A stretch of 64,000 bases of DNA from Candidatus Latescibacterota bacterium (GTDB lineage: Bacteria; Latescibacterota; UBA2968). The stretch spans positions 5,760,001 to 5,824,000 of the forward strand of contig OZ240241.1 in assembly GCA_965198115.1 (NCBI GenBank). The letters run 5' to 3'. The translations under genes and the position numbers were made by a program. Under the pieces are notes generated by a model that saw only the letters and a program-made list of their open reading frames with translations, was not told the origin of the DNA and searched no databases. The first letter of the stretch is position 1; every line of letters begins with the position of its first letter. Of the stretch, positions 33,699 through 45,041 are shown in pieces.

Positions 33699-34655
33699 AT
33701 GAAAGTCGTTATCGCTTACAATCTCGGTGAAGACTACGTCGCAGACCTTCGGGCAACGTACCCGGATGTCGATATCGTGACAGCCTACACGCCGGAAGAC
33801 CAGCTGAAGGAAACACCTGATGCAGACGTGCAGTTCGGCACGATTTCGAGAGAGGCGTTTCTGGATGCTCGGAACCTGAAGTGGTTTCAATTCATCGGGA
33901 TCGGGTTCGATGGCATTGTAACCTCGATTCCAGAGATCATCGAAAGCAACGTCACGATGACGGTGATGAAGGCTACGCACGTCCCCTCCATTTCGGATCA
34001 CGCGATGGCGATGGTTCTGGCGTTTGCGCATCGGGTGCCGGAGTTGCTCGAGGATCAACGCGCTCATCGATGGGATACAAGCAGATATCATCACCGGATC
34101 ATCGAACTGGCCGGGACGACGATGGGTATTCTGGCGATGGGGGATCTTGGGCAGGGCGTTGCCGAGCGTGCTCGCGGGTTCAGAATGACGGTTTACGGCG
34201 TCGATCTGGAGCCTAAGGAGCTGCCGCCAGGTGTCGAGGCCGTCTGGGGACTGGACCGCCTGGACGAGATGTTGGAGCTCTCCGATTGGGTCGTTGTGAC
34301 CGCGCCACGGACCGCGGCAAGTCGTGGTTTGATCGGCCCCGCCCAATTCGAACGGATGAAACAAGATGCCCATATCATCGTGGTTTCGCGGGGAAGTATT
34401 GTCGATGAAGATGCGCTGGTCGACGCCCTTCGATCGGGCAAGGTCGGTGGGGCGGCGCTGGATGCGACGGATGTCGAGCCTCTTTCGTCAGATAGTCCGT
34501 TGTGGGACTTTCCGAACGTCATCATTTCGCCGCACGCTTCAGGGGATTCCGTGCCGCTGTGGGATCGACGGAAGGGGATCTTCAAGGAGAATTTGAGACG
34601 GTATCTGGCTGGGGAAGAGCTGATGTATGTGGCCGATAAAGGGCGGGGATACTAA
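33699..34655 (+). CDS. D-2-hydroxyacid dehydrogenase
   Basis: MGDLG, SRG, AALD...EPL, ISPH, terminal RGY. Confidence 0.92.
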   Translation: MKVVIAYNLGEDYVADLRATYPDVDIVTAYTPEDQLKETPDADVQFGTISREAFLDARNLKWFQFIGIGFDGIVTSIPEIIESNVTMTVMKATHVPSISDHAMAMVLAFAHRVPELLEDQRAHRWDTSRYHHRIIELAGTTMGILAMGDLGQGVAERARGFRMTVYGVDLEPKELPPGVEAVWGLDRLDEMLELSDWVVVTAPRTAASRGLIGPAQFERMKQDAHIIVVSRGSIVDEDALVDALRSGKVGGAALDATDVEPLSSDSPLWDFPNVIISPHASGDSVPLWDRRKGIFKENLRRYLAGEELMYVADKGRGY

Positions 34656-34813
34656 AAACAAGGGAACCACAGAACACACGGAAGAGGAGGTAGACTAGGC
34701 TTCGAAGCGCTATTCGCGGATGGGATCGAGGCACGGACGCCGGACCATAGCCCGCTTCAGCGGGCTTCGCTGCGTTAGCGTGGGGCTTTAGCCCCACGTG
34801 CTTTTCGTGGTAG

Positions 34814-35788
34814 TCAGTAGCACCCCGCCACGCGCGCCCTTTGCTGAACCAGGGCAAGGACGATGTCGATGGTGGGGGTTTCTATTTCGACGAGCCGTCC
34901 CACTTCCTGGATGACGGTCAGGAGGGCGTCGATTTCCATTGGGCGGCCACGTTCGAGGTCTTGGAGCATCGAGGTCTTGTGGGCGCCCACAGCGGCCGCG
35001 CCCGCGATGCGCTGTTCGACGTCGACACCGAAGCGCACGCCCAGTTTCTCACCGATCCCCTGAGCCTCGAGCATCATCCCGCGTGCGACCGATTGCGTGC
35101 CCTCTTCGGTGGCGATGACATCGAGCGTCGCGAGGGTGAGGGCGCTGATGGGGTTGAAGGTGAGGTTGCCCCAGAGTTTGACCCAGATGTCGTTGCGGAT
35201 CCTGGGACGGATGGGCGCCTTGAATCCGGCCTTGCGGAGGATTTCGCTCAGCTTTGCGACCCGATCGGTCTTCTCACCGCTGGGTTCGCCCAGGCTGAAG
35301 CGATCGCCTTCGATGTGCTGGATGACGCCGGGTTCGATGACTTCGGTGGCGGGATAGACGACGCATCCGATGGCGCGCTCGGGGCCGATTTTCTGCCACT
35401 GCTGGCCGCCGGGATCGACGCTTTCGAGCTGGTGGTCCTTCCACGGGCCTTCGAGTCCGTAAAAGTACCACCAGGGGATGCCGTTGGTGGCGGTGATGAC
35501 GGCCGTGTCCGGACCGAGCAGAGGCTGGATCGTGTCGACGATGCCGGGAACCGAGTGAGCCTTCAGGGTGATGATGACGACATCTTGGGGACCGACTTCG
35601 GCCGGGTCGTTGGTCGCCCGGGGATGGGCGACGCGCTCATCACCGTCGATGAGGAGTTTGACGCCGTTTTTCTGCATCGCTTCGAGGTGCGGCCCCCGCG
35701 CGATCAGGGAGACGTCGACGCCCGCGAGCGCGAGGTCGACGCCCAGGTAACCCCCGATGGCACCCGCCCCGAAGATGCAGATCCGCAT
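34814..35788 (-). CDS. panE: 2-dehydropantoate 2-reductase family protein, PanE2/oxalyl-CoA reductase-like
   Basis: GAGAIGG, NGIPWWYF, WVKLWGN, KTSMLQD, E; TAATG coupling to the upstream CoA ligase. Confidence 0.88.
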   Translation of the reverse strand: MRICIFGAGAIGGYLGVDLALAGVDVSLIARGPHLEAMQKNGVKLLIDGDERVAHPRATNDPAEVGPQDVVIITLKAHSVPGIVDTIQPLLGPDTAVITATNGIPWWYFYGLEGPWKDHQLESVDPGGQQWQKIGPERAIGCVVYPATEVIEPGVIQHIEGDRFSLGEPSGEKTDRVAKLSEILRKAGFKAPIRPRIRNDIWVKLWGNLTFNPISALTLATLDVIATEEGTQSVARGMMLEAQGIGEKLGVRFGVDVEQRIAGAAAVGAHKTSMLQDLERGRPMEIDALLTVIQEVGRLVEIETPTIDIVLALVQQRARVAGCY

Positions 35789-37296
35789 TAACCGATTCCC
35801 AGTTTTTCGGCCAGCCCGATGCGCTGCATCTTGCCTGTCGGGCCCTTGGGGATCTCTTCCAGGAACAGCACTTTCCGTGGCACTTTGAAGTCGGCCAGCT
35901 TCTCCGAGGCGAAGTCCCTGACCTCACGTTCGGTCGCTTCCTCACCCTCCCGCAGTACGATGGCCGCGGCTACATCCTCTCCCAAGGATTTATGCGGCAT
36001 TGCGAAGGTGACGACCTGCTGGACGGCGGGATGGTCCATCAGGACATCGTCGACTTCGCGGGGTGAGATTTTTTCACCGCCACGGTTGATGATCTCCTTG
36101 AGTCGTCCGGTGATGGTCACATAGCCGTCTTCGTCCATCACGCCCTGATCGCCCGTTCTGAACCAACCATTGGTGTAGTTTTCCGCGTTCGCGGTCGGAT
36201 TGTTCTCGTAGCCGAGGGTGACGTTCGGACCACGGATGACGACCTCGCCAATCGTCCCCTGACTCACCAGCTCACCGGCTTCGTCCATAATGGAAACTTC
36301 AGGTCCTGCGGCGGGGCCCACGGTTCCAGGCTTTCGCACCCCAGGGGGCAGCTGGTTGCAGGTCATTTGGTGAGCGGACTCAGTCATCGCGTAGGCTTCC
36401 ACAACGGGCGCATCGAAGGTCTTTTCGAGTTCGGCCATTACCTGAGGCGGTAGTGATGCGGATGACGACCGGACGAAGCGGAGTCTGGCGTTGTCGACGA
36501 TTTCCTGATTGCGGCCGGCACGGGTGAGGATGGCCTGGTGCATCGTGGGGACGGCTGTGTACCAGGTTGGGTTGGCGTCTTGCAGTGAAGCGAAGAACCG
36601 GAGGGCGTTGAACCCATCGGTGCAATACACGCTGGCTCCTGCGCTGAGCGTGGAGAGGATGGCCGCCATCAGCCCGTGGATGTGAAACAGGGGCATCACG
36701 TTCATACAGCGGTCGTCGGGCGTCAGATTCAGCGTATGCCGGATGTTTCCGGCTGACGCACATACGTTCTTGTGTGTGAGTGGGACGATCTTGGGTCGAG
36801 AGGTCGTGCCGGATGTGTGGAGCACCAGAGCGACGTCGTCCGTTTCCGCCAACCCACCCGCGAATGGGCTCATCTCGGCGGCGAGGTCGAACAATCCTGC
36901 CGGTTTCCCTCCGTCGGTGGTGAGCTCGATGATTGGAATTCCAATGGACGTAGCGGCTTCAACGGCGGGAGAATCACTGCCGGATTCGACGAGGAGGGCC
37001 CTGGCGTTCAGATCCTCCATATAGAATGAATATTCTTCGACCCTGTAGGCTGGATTAAGGGGCGCGGTCGTCGCGGCCATCGCGACCGAGATGTAGGAGG
37101 TGGCCATCTCGGGGCCGTTTGGCAGGACGATGGCGACCCGGTCATTTCGTCCGATGCCAAAGCCGTTCAGTGTCGCGACCGTCTTGTCGACCTGATCACG
37201 AAGGCCCTTGTAAGTCAGGTCAGGTCGATCGGCGGCAGAGATTGCGACTGCGTCGTCATCGCCGGCCAGGATTTCGAGGATTGTGGCGTCAGCCAT
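35788..37296 (-). CDS. Acyl-CoA synthetase, oxalate-CoA ligase-like
   Basis: HTSGTTSRPK, PLFHIHGL, RSSSASL, EAYAMTESAHQM, KGPTGK. Confidence 0.88.
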   Translation of the reverse strand: MADATILEILAGDDDAVAISAADRPDLTYKGLRDQVDKTVATLNGFGIGRNDRVAIVLPNGPEMATSYISVAMAATTAPLNPAYRVEEYSFYMEDLNARALLVESGSDSPAVEAATSIGIPIIELTTDGGKPAGLFDLAAEMSPFAGGLAETDDVALVLHTSGTTSRPKIVPLTHKNVCASAGNIRHTLNLTPDDRCMNVMPLFHIHGLMAAILSTLSAGASVYCTDGFNALRFFASLQDANPTWYTAVPTMHQAILTRAGRNQEIVDNARLRFVRSSSASLPPQVMAELEKTFDAPVVEAYAMTESAHQMTCNQLPPGVRKPGTVGPAAGPEVSIMDEAGELVSQGTIGEVVIRGPNVTLGYENNPTANAENYTNGWFRTGDQGVMDEDGYVTITGRLKEIINRGGEKISPREVDDVLMDHPAVQQVVTFAMPHKSLGEDVAAAIVLREGEEATEREVRDFASEKLADFKVPRKVLFLEEIPKGPTGKMQRIGLAEKLGIG

Positions 37297-37731
37297 TCAT
37301 GCACTCCGGTTGATGGTGTTCAATAGCAGACTGCTGTCAGCCTTGCGAGCATTCAATATTGTGTTTGGGGGCGGTCTGTGCAAGATCTGAGGGGACAGAA
37401 TAACCGTCTTCTGGGTTCATTGCTGGTCAGTAGTGATCCCACTTTCTTGACCGACCAAGAAAGTGGGCAAAGAAGTCGCCGCTCAGGCGCCGCGGGGGCT
37501 TGTGCCCCGGCTCCCTCGACTCCGCTCGGGACAAGCTCCAGTACGATCGAGGCGCGCGACTGCAACCTGTGATACCCTCGAAGAGCCTCCCCACCCAGCC
37601 CTATCCCCCCTGGAGTTGAAACAGCTCAGTTGCTCGCTGCCGCCTCTACCGGGGCGTCATCGTGTGGACAACAGCGTGAACCCAATAGACCACGAATCTG
37701 TCGAATGCTCCTTGGGTCCATCAGCCAAGGC

Positions 37732-39406
37732 CTACCCACGCCGGTCGGCGGTGGGGCGGAAGCGGACGCCGGCTCTGGCGGGGCCCCCGCTTAGTGCGGC
37801 TGGAGATCCGTCGGCTCGCCAGCAGCAGGCGCCGGTGATGGTGCCGTCGTTGGCGTATTGGATGCCATTCATGCCGCCGGCTACCGCTCGGACCGATCGA
37901 GTGGAGTGGCCACGTTCTGACAGCACGTCGCAGACGGTTTGGGGAATCTCGGATTCGAGTTCGAGGTCCTGACCTTGGGTCCAGACGCGAGGCGCCTCGA
38001 CGGCTTCCTGGAGCGTCATCCCGTGGTCGATGACGTTGATGATGCCCTGCGTGACCGTGGGGAAGATGCGGACACCGCCCGGTGTGCCGAGAGCCATAAA
38101 GGGCCGGCCGTCTTTGGTGATGATAGTGGGGGCGTTGCTGCTGACCATTCTACGATTGGGCGCGACCGAGTTGGGATGGCCGGGATGGGGATCGAACAGC
38201 GACATATTGTTGTTCAGCAGGAGACCGGTTCCCGGAACCATCACGTTGGCGCCGAAGCCCTCGTTGATGGTCTGCGTGAGGGTGGCCACATTGCCATCCG
38301 CGTCGGCGGCGGTGACGTGCGTGGTTGACCGTACGTTTGGTCGGTCGCGCGGGTCTGGTCGATATCAGCGCGTCGCGACTCCCCGTAAGACTTGGAGATG
38401 AGCCAGTCGACAGGAATGTCCATCTGCGAGGGATCACCGACGTGCTTGCTCCGATCGGCGAAGGCGATCTTGAAGGATTCGGCGAGGAGGTGGATGCCGT
38501 CGGGTGTGCCGAAACCGAGACCGGCGACGTCGAAGCCTTCGAGCAGATTGAGGATCTGGAGGATGTGAAGGCCACCGGAGCACGGTGGTGATGGCACGGT
38601 CAGATTGTATCCGCGATAGGATCCAGCGAGTGGCGGTCTTCTTTCCGTGCGGTAGGCACGGAGATCGTCCATCGTGAGCAGCCCGCCGTTGGCCTGAGTC
38701 TCATCGATGATCGTCTGGCCAAGTGGGCCGTCGTAGAGCACATCCGGTCCGTCTGTGGCCAGTGATCGCAAAGTCTGCGTGAGGTCGGGCTGGACGATGC
38801 GATCTACGGGTGTGGGTGGACCACCATCACGGAGGAAGACTTCGGCAGCTGCGGGCGATCTGGACAGGTCCTCTGCTCGCTCGCGGATGCTGTCGATGAG
38901 ATAGGAGCTGGGGTGATACCCTCGCTCGGAATAGCGAATGGCCGGCTGGAGGACGGTTTCGAGGTCCAGCCGGCCGTAGTCGTTGACGACCTCGACCCAA
39001 CCCTTGAGCGCACCGGGCACGCCGACGGCGAGGTAGCCGATCTTGTTCTTCCGGCCTTCGGCAAGCATCTAATCCGGCCACGTATCGGAGACGGGTGTGT
39101 AGATGTCGGGTGTGGCAGCCGCGGGGGAGGTGGCGTAGTTGTCGATAATGACGGGAGACCCATCGGCGAGACGCAGGTTGATCCAACCAGCCCCGAAGAG
39201 TCCGACCATCTGGGCTCGACAACGTTGAGCGTGAAGAGTGCGGCGACCGCGGCGTCGAAGGCGTTGCCACCGATGGCGAACATTTCGAGGCCCGCCGATG
39301 AGCCGAGCGGGTGGTTGGCTGCGACGACGCCAAGCGAACCTGAGACTTGGGATTTCGCGCAGGTGAATGGGGATTGGGTGTGGTTGCGCCAGGAGGGAGC
39401 AGTCAA
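37732..39406 (-). CDS. ggt: Gamma-glutamyltransferase family protein with several frameshifts
   Basis: GGNAFDAAVA, VGVPG, nucleophile TTHVT, LLNNNM, GTPGG spread across frames. Confidence 0.88.
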
Positions 39407-39783
39407 GAGGACTCCGCAAATTTGTTAGAATGCGATCGGTTCACAGTCGGCGCCGGTGGACCAGTCATCCCGAGGCACGATGCGAATACAATTGGGTGAC
39501 GGGGCGAGACGGATCGATGTGCCGAGGGATCCCTTGTCGCGTGCAACGGGGCCGCTCATTCTCCCGGACTCCTCTGCAGCTGAGCAGGGATCCCTCATCG
39601 TGTCATTGTTCTACATAGCGGATGAGCGAATGGATTGGCCTTACGATTCGGGATGACAGCAGAGCGCCGGGAGTAGGTTCAACAACCATCTGTGACGGCC
39701 ACACTGATCGAACCCCAGCCCGCTTCAGCGGGCTTCGCTGCATTAGCGTGGGGCTTTAGCCCCACGTGCTTGTTGCGGCCCCT

Positions 39784-41154
39784 TTAATAGACGCGGACGA
39801 CAGTTCCTCGCTCTTCATCGAGACGGGCTTTGACGGCCTCTTCTGTCACATGATTGTCAGGCCAAGCTTCAGGGGGCTGATGCGAAAGTCGGAGAAGCAG
39901 TCGCGCGAGCTGCCCTGCGTACTCTTTGAGCTCGCGGACGTTGAGTTTGTCGACGGTGTCGGCGGCTTCGTGGTGGAAGTCCGAGTCGTCGTGGCGGCCG
40001 CGGAATCGCCAGCGCCAACAGTGAGCAGCGTCTATCGCTTTTCGCAGGAAGGGAAAGTGATCGGACGAGGCGTCGAGCTGTGCCATCACGTGGCAGGTGA
40101 GTCCGTCGCCCATTTCGTCGAACTGCTGCTGGATAAACTCGCGGAGATGGGGGAAAGCGAGCACGATGCCCTTGATGTGTCCAGTCGACAGTTCGTCGAG
40201 GTTGATGGCGAGGCGCGGTGGGGTTCCCGTGTTGTAGTGTCGATTGACGTAGGCGATGGCGCCCTGGAAGCCCTGCTCTTCGCCAGCGTAGGTGACGAAT
40301 CGGATGGAACGCCCGGGGGAGATTCCGAGGTCACGTTTCAGGCCAGCGAGAACGCGGGCGGTCTCGAGTACGGCGATCGTGCCGGAGGCGTTGTCGTTGC
40401 CGCCGGGGGCGCAGAGGACGGTGTCGTGGTGACCGCCGAGGTGGAGATGCTCGTCGGGCCAGCGATCGCCGTCCAGTTGGCCGGCCACGTTGGCGCTCGG
40501 GGCATTGTAAAAGCGGCTTTCAACGGTGAACCTCACGCTGCCGCCGGTTCTGGAGAGTCGTCGCAGGCGCGCACCATCTTCTCGTGACGTAGTCGCCAAT
40601 GGGAGGAGCGGCTCGGCCCGCTCCGGCTCGCGCCACTCGCCGGCGTTGTGATACTCGGCACGCCCGCCCATCTTGGTGTCGACGCAGATCGTGGCGAGTA
40701 CACCCGCTTCCTTGAGTTTGATGAGTCGGTCATTGTGCGGCACGGGAGGCGTAAACGGTTCGTATCCCATATTCATCACGGCAATACCGCCGCTCAGCTT
40801 CGATCGGGCTGCATCGAGTTCGTGATCGGTGCCGAAGCCGACATCGACGATGGGCGCTTCAGCATCGCAGGGCGGACAGCGGTTGAAAGGCACGAAGTGA
40901 ATCGGGCAGCCTTCCTCGACGGACGCCTCGGCCTTGCCGTGAGCCCAGGTACGCACCTCGAAGGGCTCGGCTTCCGCTTGATCGAGGCCGTCTGCTTTCA
41001 TCTGTTCCTCAAGGTACTGGATGGCCTTTGCTTCGGATTCAGACGAGGACCAGCGCGGCCCGATTTCTTCACATAGGACGTGTGCGTGCTCGGCGATTCG
41101 GGAGCTTACCCAGGCTTCGCCGATGAGATAGCGGTCTATTGTTTTCCAGTCCAT
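39784..41154 (-). CDS. M28 family peptidase with PA domain
   Basis: GGHHD, NDNASG, GEEQG, INLD, SDHFPF, HHEAADT. Confidence 0.9.
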   Translation of the reverse strand: MDWKTIDRYLIGEAWVSSRIAEHAHVLCEEIGPRWSSSESEAKAIQYLEEQMKADGLDQAEAEPFEVRTWAHGKAEASVEEGCPIHFVPFNRCPPCDAEAPIVDVGFGTDHELDAARSKLSGGIAVMNMGYEPFTPPVPHNDRLIKLKEAGVLATICVDTKMGGRAEYHNAGEWREPERAEPLLPLATTSREDGARLRRLSRTGGSVRFTVESRFYNAPSANVAGQLDGDRWPDEHLHLGGHHDTVLCAPGGNDNASGTIAVLETARVLAGLKRDLGISPGRSIRFVTYAGEEQGFQGAIAYVNRHYNTGTPPRLAINLDELSTGHIKGIVLAFPHLREFIQQQFDEMGDGLTCHVMAQLDASSDHFPFLRKAIDAAHCWRWRFRGRHDDSDFHHEAADTVDKLNVRELKEYAGQLARLLLRLSHQPPEAWPDNHVTEEAVKARLDEERGTVVRVY

Positions 41155-41330
41155 TGAGATTCTCCCGAAAAGCCAACAAACCACGGAACACAGAGAACAC
41201 GGAGGGAGGTTGAGAGGTCCTCGAGGATCCAGGCCCTAATCGGGGAAAGGATCTGATGTGACCCCAAGTATTCCAGCGAGGAGCCTCTTCCGCTCCCGCT
41301 CACCCAGTCTCCCGTTCTCCCGCTCCACTC

Positions 41331-42738
41331 TTAATCGATAGGTGGCCGGAGAGTATGCCACTCGGTTGCCTGTTCGAAGGCGTGGCCTGCGCGGCAGAGC
41401 AGTTGTTCGGAGAGGTGCTTACCGACGAGTTGGAAGCTGAGGGGCAGGTTCTCGCTGTTCAGACCGCACGGTAGGGTTATCGTTGGTGCACCGCTGAAGT
41501 TATAGGGCGCCGTGAACCGCTGAAACCGGGGTTGACGCTCATCAGGCATGGGACCGTAGAGCTCCTCTTCCGTCACCGGAAACGGTGGAGTGGCTACGGT
41601 CGGGCAGGCCAGCAGATCGATGTTTTCGAATGCGCGTTGGAGATGACCGACACAGGCGGCTCTATGGTTGCTTGCCCGGGCATAGTCCGCACCGGACACA
41701 GCCTCGCCCTGTTCGAGCCATCCCAGGAACCAGGGGCCGTAGTCGTCTTTGCAAGAAGGATAGGTCGAGGTATGAGCAACAACGGCCTCGGTGGAACAGA
41801 GGGTCGGCCACACTCTGATGTAAGGATCAAGATCAGGTAGATCGATTTCGACGATTTCGGCATCGAGGTCATCGAGGATACCTACAGCAGCTCGGACCGC
41901 ATCAACGATTTCGCCGTCTATGCCCTCAGTTGCGTAGCGCTCGGCCCAGCCGATGCGGAGACGCTTGACGCCCTGATCGATGCCTTCGAGCATATCGGGC
42001 ACGGGTGACGGTAAGGAGGTGGGGTCGTTGGGATCTGGACCCGCGATGGTCTGAAGGATGATCGCCGCATCGGCGGTGCTACGCGTCATCGGACCGACGT
42101 GATCCAACGAGTCGGCCAGTGCCAAGACGCCAAAGCGGCTAACTCGTCCCCACGTGGGTTTGATGCCGACGATGCCGCAGGCGGCGGAAGGGGTAGCGAA
42201 TGGATCCGCCGGTATCGCTTCCGAGCGAGCCGTAGCAAAGACCAGCTGCGGTCGCTGCACTGGATCCACTCGAAGAGGCGCCGGCCCACCGAGAAGGATT
42301 CCAGGGATTCTTCGGGATGTCCAGGGCGGGGTTGTAGCCACCCATTGCACCCTCGGTCAGGTTCAGCTTTCCGAGCAGTACGGCTCCGGCTTTCTCGAAT
42401 CGTTCGACGACCGTGCTGTCGAAGTCAGGCACGTGGTCGACCAGTGCCTTCGTACCACCCATTGTGCGAACACCCTTTGTGAAGCAGAGATCCTTGACAG
42501 CGATGGGGACGCCGTGAAGTGGGCCTCGATAGTTGCCCGCGGAAATCTCATCTTCGGCACGCCTGGCCGCCTCTATCGCGTGATCGGCCATCAGCGTGGC
42601 GTAGCTCTTGAGTTGACCGTCGAGCTGTTCGATGCGCTCGAATATCGCAGTCGTGAGATCGACGGGTGAAAGCTCTTTGGTGGCGATCCGATCAGCGACT
42701 TGGGTGATCGTCTGGTAGTGAAGGGGAGTTTGGTTCAT
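41331..42738 (-). CDS. Amidase signature family enzyme, frameshift in a homopolymer near 42192
   Basis: IAVKD, GASSSGS, GSDTGGSIR, then PSAACGIVGIKPT in the next frame. Confidence 0.92.
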
Positions 42739-42765
42739 GTCACGTCTCAGAACCGGTTGGGCGTC

Positions 42766-44217
42766 TTAACGTGGGTCATAGGACTCCGTGGCCGGATCGG
42801 TAAACCGAAGGCTGTAGAGATCAGCATCTGCAAGTACGAAGCGGAGTCTAATTGGCTTCCCCTCCAGCGATCCAACCTCTGTGCCGTGTTTCCAGAGCAC
42901 CGGCTGCTCCAGCGAATCGCCAAACAGCTCTTCGGCATCGTCGAGCGTGTATCCTTCGATCGCCGTTCCCTCAGCATCCTGAACTTCGACCCTCACCGAC
43001 CCTGCCGCGCCGGTGGCGTAGTTGATCAGGAGCTTTCGACCCGTGAACAGCAGCGGTTTGGTGATCAGCTCACCTCCCCGGAGCGGCGCGGACACCGAGA
43101 CGAATCCGTCGATTCGAACCGTGTGACGTCGCAGTCTCGCGTGAGTCGGCTGGTGGCTGCCCTCGCTCACGAAAAACGAGAGTTCGTTGATCCTCTCATC
43201 GCGATCTGAGGGTGTCTCGATCAGGCCGAGGCTCTGGTAGTTGTCACCGTAAAACCATCCGTCGCGTGACCAGAGACCTGGTCGCAGGAACGATTCTTCC
43301 CAAACGTGGAAGTGCTGACGGTCTCGACTCGACATGAATATACCGTCCGTGACCGCCGTGCCTTCCCGGTAGGAGACGCGTGCTCGCATTCTCCTGTATT
43401 CGGGGTGAGGGAGGTAGTCGGTCGCAGGCTGCCAGGGCCTCTGAACGTAACGGGTGGGGAATCCCAGGAAAATGTGAGGCGCGCGGTAATAAGGCTGAAT
43501 CTGGTTCGTATAGAGCTCGCTGACCCGGCCAGGTGTGTAGTTCAGCCACTGCGGCTCTGTCCATTCGCGAAAGTCCGCCGAGGTGCACGTCTTGATGTCT
43601 CGGCCCTCGCGGAAATCTCGAATGTAGGCCCGGTATTCCTCCCTTGTCGTGTCCCAGAACGCCAGGTTCTGAGAATCGAAGGCGCCGTCGGTGATGACGG
43701 CCGAATCACCGATCTGGGTCCAGTGAATCCCGTCTGGTGACGAGAAGGCGAGCAGGTTTCCCTTTCCACCTCCCAATGCTTTATAACGTTCCGCATCGGG
43801 GATTTCTCTTCGTGGATCGACGTGGGGACACAGATTGTGGACGGCCTTTCCGCCCACGTCTGAGGTCAGTACTACATTGTTGCGTCGATGTCCGCCGACT
43901 TCGAACAGGTCCAGCTCTGGCCTTTCCCAATGGATTCCGTCGGTGCTTTCGGCCACGCACGTGACCTGGCCACCGCTGAGATATCCGTCCGGGAGGTAGG
44001 TGGCACCAGATCCTCGGTAGTACATCCTAAAGCGGTTGTAGTCCCGGAACACCGTGACGTAGCCACACGTGTTTCCCTCCCACGGCCGATCGTAGACGAG
44101 AGCGACTTCTTTTGGCTGAGGCGTGTGCAGCCTAAGCGCGGCGCCGTCGGACAGCTGATCCACGAGATAGTCGTCGACGAAAAGCTCGAGTCTGGATTCG
44201 ATGTTCAGCGGCGGCAT
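42766..44217 (-). CDS. GH32-like beta-propeller protein with conserved C-terminal beta domain
   Basis: ELFVDD, SxDGIHW repeats, FDSQN, RIDGFVS, LRF...LYS. Confidence 0.75.
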   Translation of the reverse strand: MPPLNIESRLELFVDDYLVDQLSDGAALRLHTPQPKEVALVYDRPWEGNTCGYVTVFRDYNRFRMYYRGSGATYLPDGYLSGGQVTCVAESTDGIHWERPELDLFEVGGHRRNNVVLTSDVGGKAVHNLCPHVDPRREIPDAERYKALGGGKGNLLAFSSPDGIHWTQIGDSAVITDGAFDSQNLAFWDTTREEYRAYIRDFREGRDIKTCTSADFREWTEPQWLNYTPGRVSELYTNQIQPYYRAPHIFLGFPTRYVQRPWQPATDYLPHPEYRRMRARVSYREGTAVTDGIFMSSRDRQHFHVWEESFLRPGLWSRDGWFYGDNYQSLGLIETPSDRDERINELSFFVSEGSHQPTHARLRRHTVRIDGFVSVSAPLRGGELITKPLLFTGRKLLINYATGAAGSVRVEVQDAEGTAIEGYTLDDAEELFGDSLEQPVLWKHGTEVGSLEGKPIRLRFVLADADLYSLRFTDPATESYDPR

Positions 44218-44224
44218 ACGTTCC

Positions 44225-45037
44225 TCAAGTTCGCCTGGCGAGAAGTGGGGCGAAAGTCGCGTAACCTACGTTGCACGATTCTTCGAAGTCCATATCCGTG
44301 AATGTCTCGATCGAGATGGCCTCACTGAGTCCGATCTCTCGCAGCGTCTGAATAATCATGACGTAATCCACATCCCCCCCACCCGGAATGCGGTGTTCGT
44401 AGTCCGGATACGCACCTACGTGGTCCTTCAGGTGGGCGTGGAAGATGCGGTCGCCCCATTGGTCGGCTACCTCGGATGGGTCGTGGCCAAGTAGTGTCAG
44501 GTAACAGGGATCGAAATTGATGCCGAAGAGCGGATGATCAACCTCCTCGTGCAGCTGCAAGAACGCCTCCGGCGTCTCGACGATCCAGTTCTTCCACACA
44601 CCATCGACGGCCAGCTTGACGCCTCTTGGTTCCGCATAGTCGAGCGATCGCTTCAGATAGTCGACGACCCGGTTCCAGGCTTCGGCGCGCTTCGCTTCGT
44701 CCTCCTTCGGTCCGCCCATATGGAATACAACGAGTGGAGCACCGACGTCCACGGCGAGATCGACAGAGCCATCGAGGTCGAGCGGCGTGTCGGTGCACAA
44801 TGAATCAGCCAGCGGAGCGTGTGTGATGATGGCTTCGATCGTGAGGCCGAGACGCTCCGCGGTTGCGTGGGTCCGGCCGCGGAGGTCGGACGTGACAGAC
44901 ATCGGGTCGGCCGACTTTCCGTGCGTACCGGAGATGTCGATCCCGTCGTAGCCAGTTGCCGCGATTTTCTCGAGGGCTGGCTCGAGGGGCATCTCGAGAC
45001 GATCGGTATAGCTGTAGGTGTAGAAAGCCAACCGCAC
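44225..45037 (-). CDS. Sugar phosphate isomerase/epimerase (xylose isomerase-like TIM barrel)
   Basis: GYDGID, NFDP, HAHLKD, PGGGDVD, SIE. Confidence 0.85.
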   Translation of the reverse strand: MRLAFYTYSYTDRLEMPLEPALEKIAATGYDGIDISGTHGKSADPMSVTSDLRGRTHATAERLGLTIEAIITHAPLADSLCTDTPLDLDGSVDLAVDVGAPLVVFHMGGPKEDEAKRAEAWNRVVDYLKRSLDYAEPRGVKLAVDGVWKNWIVETPEAFLQLHEEVDHPLFGINFDPCYLTLLGHDPSEVADQWGDRIFHAHLKDHVGAYPDYEHRIPGGGDVDYVMIIQTLREIGLSEAISIETFTDMDFEESCNVGYATFAPLLARRT

Positions 45038-45041
45038 GTGT

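Noticed and set aside
41331-42738. gatA
   Set aside because: No gatB or gatC nearby; reads as a generic amidase
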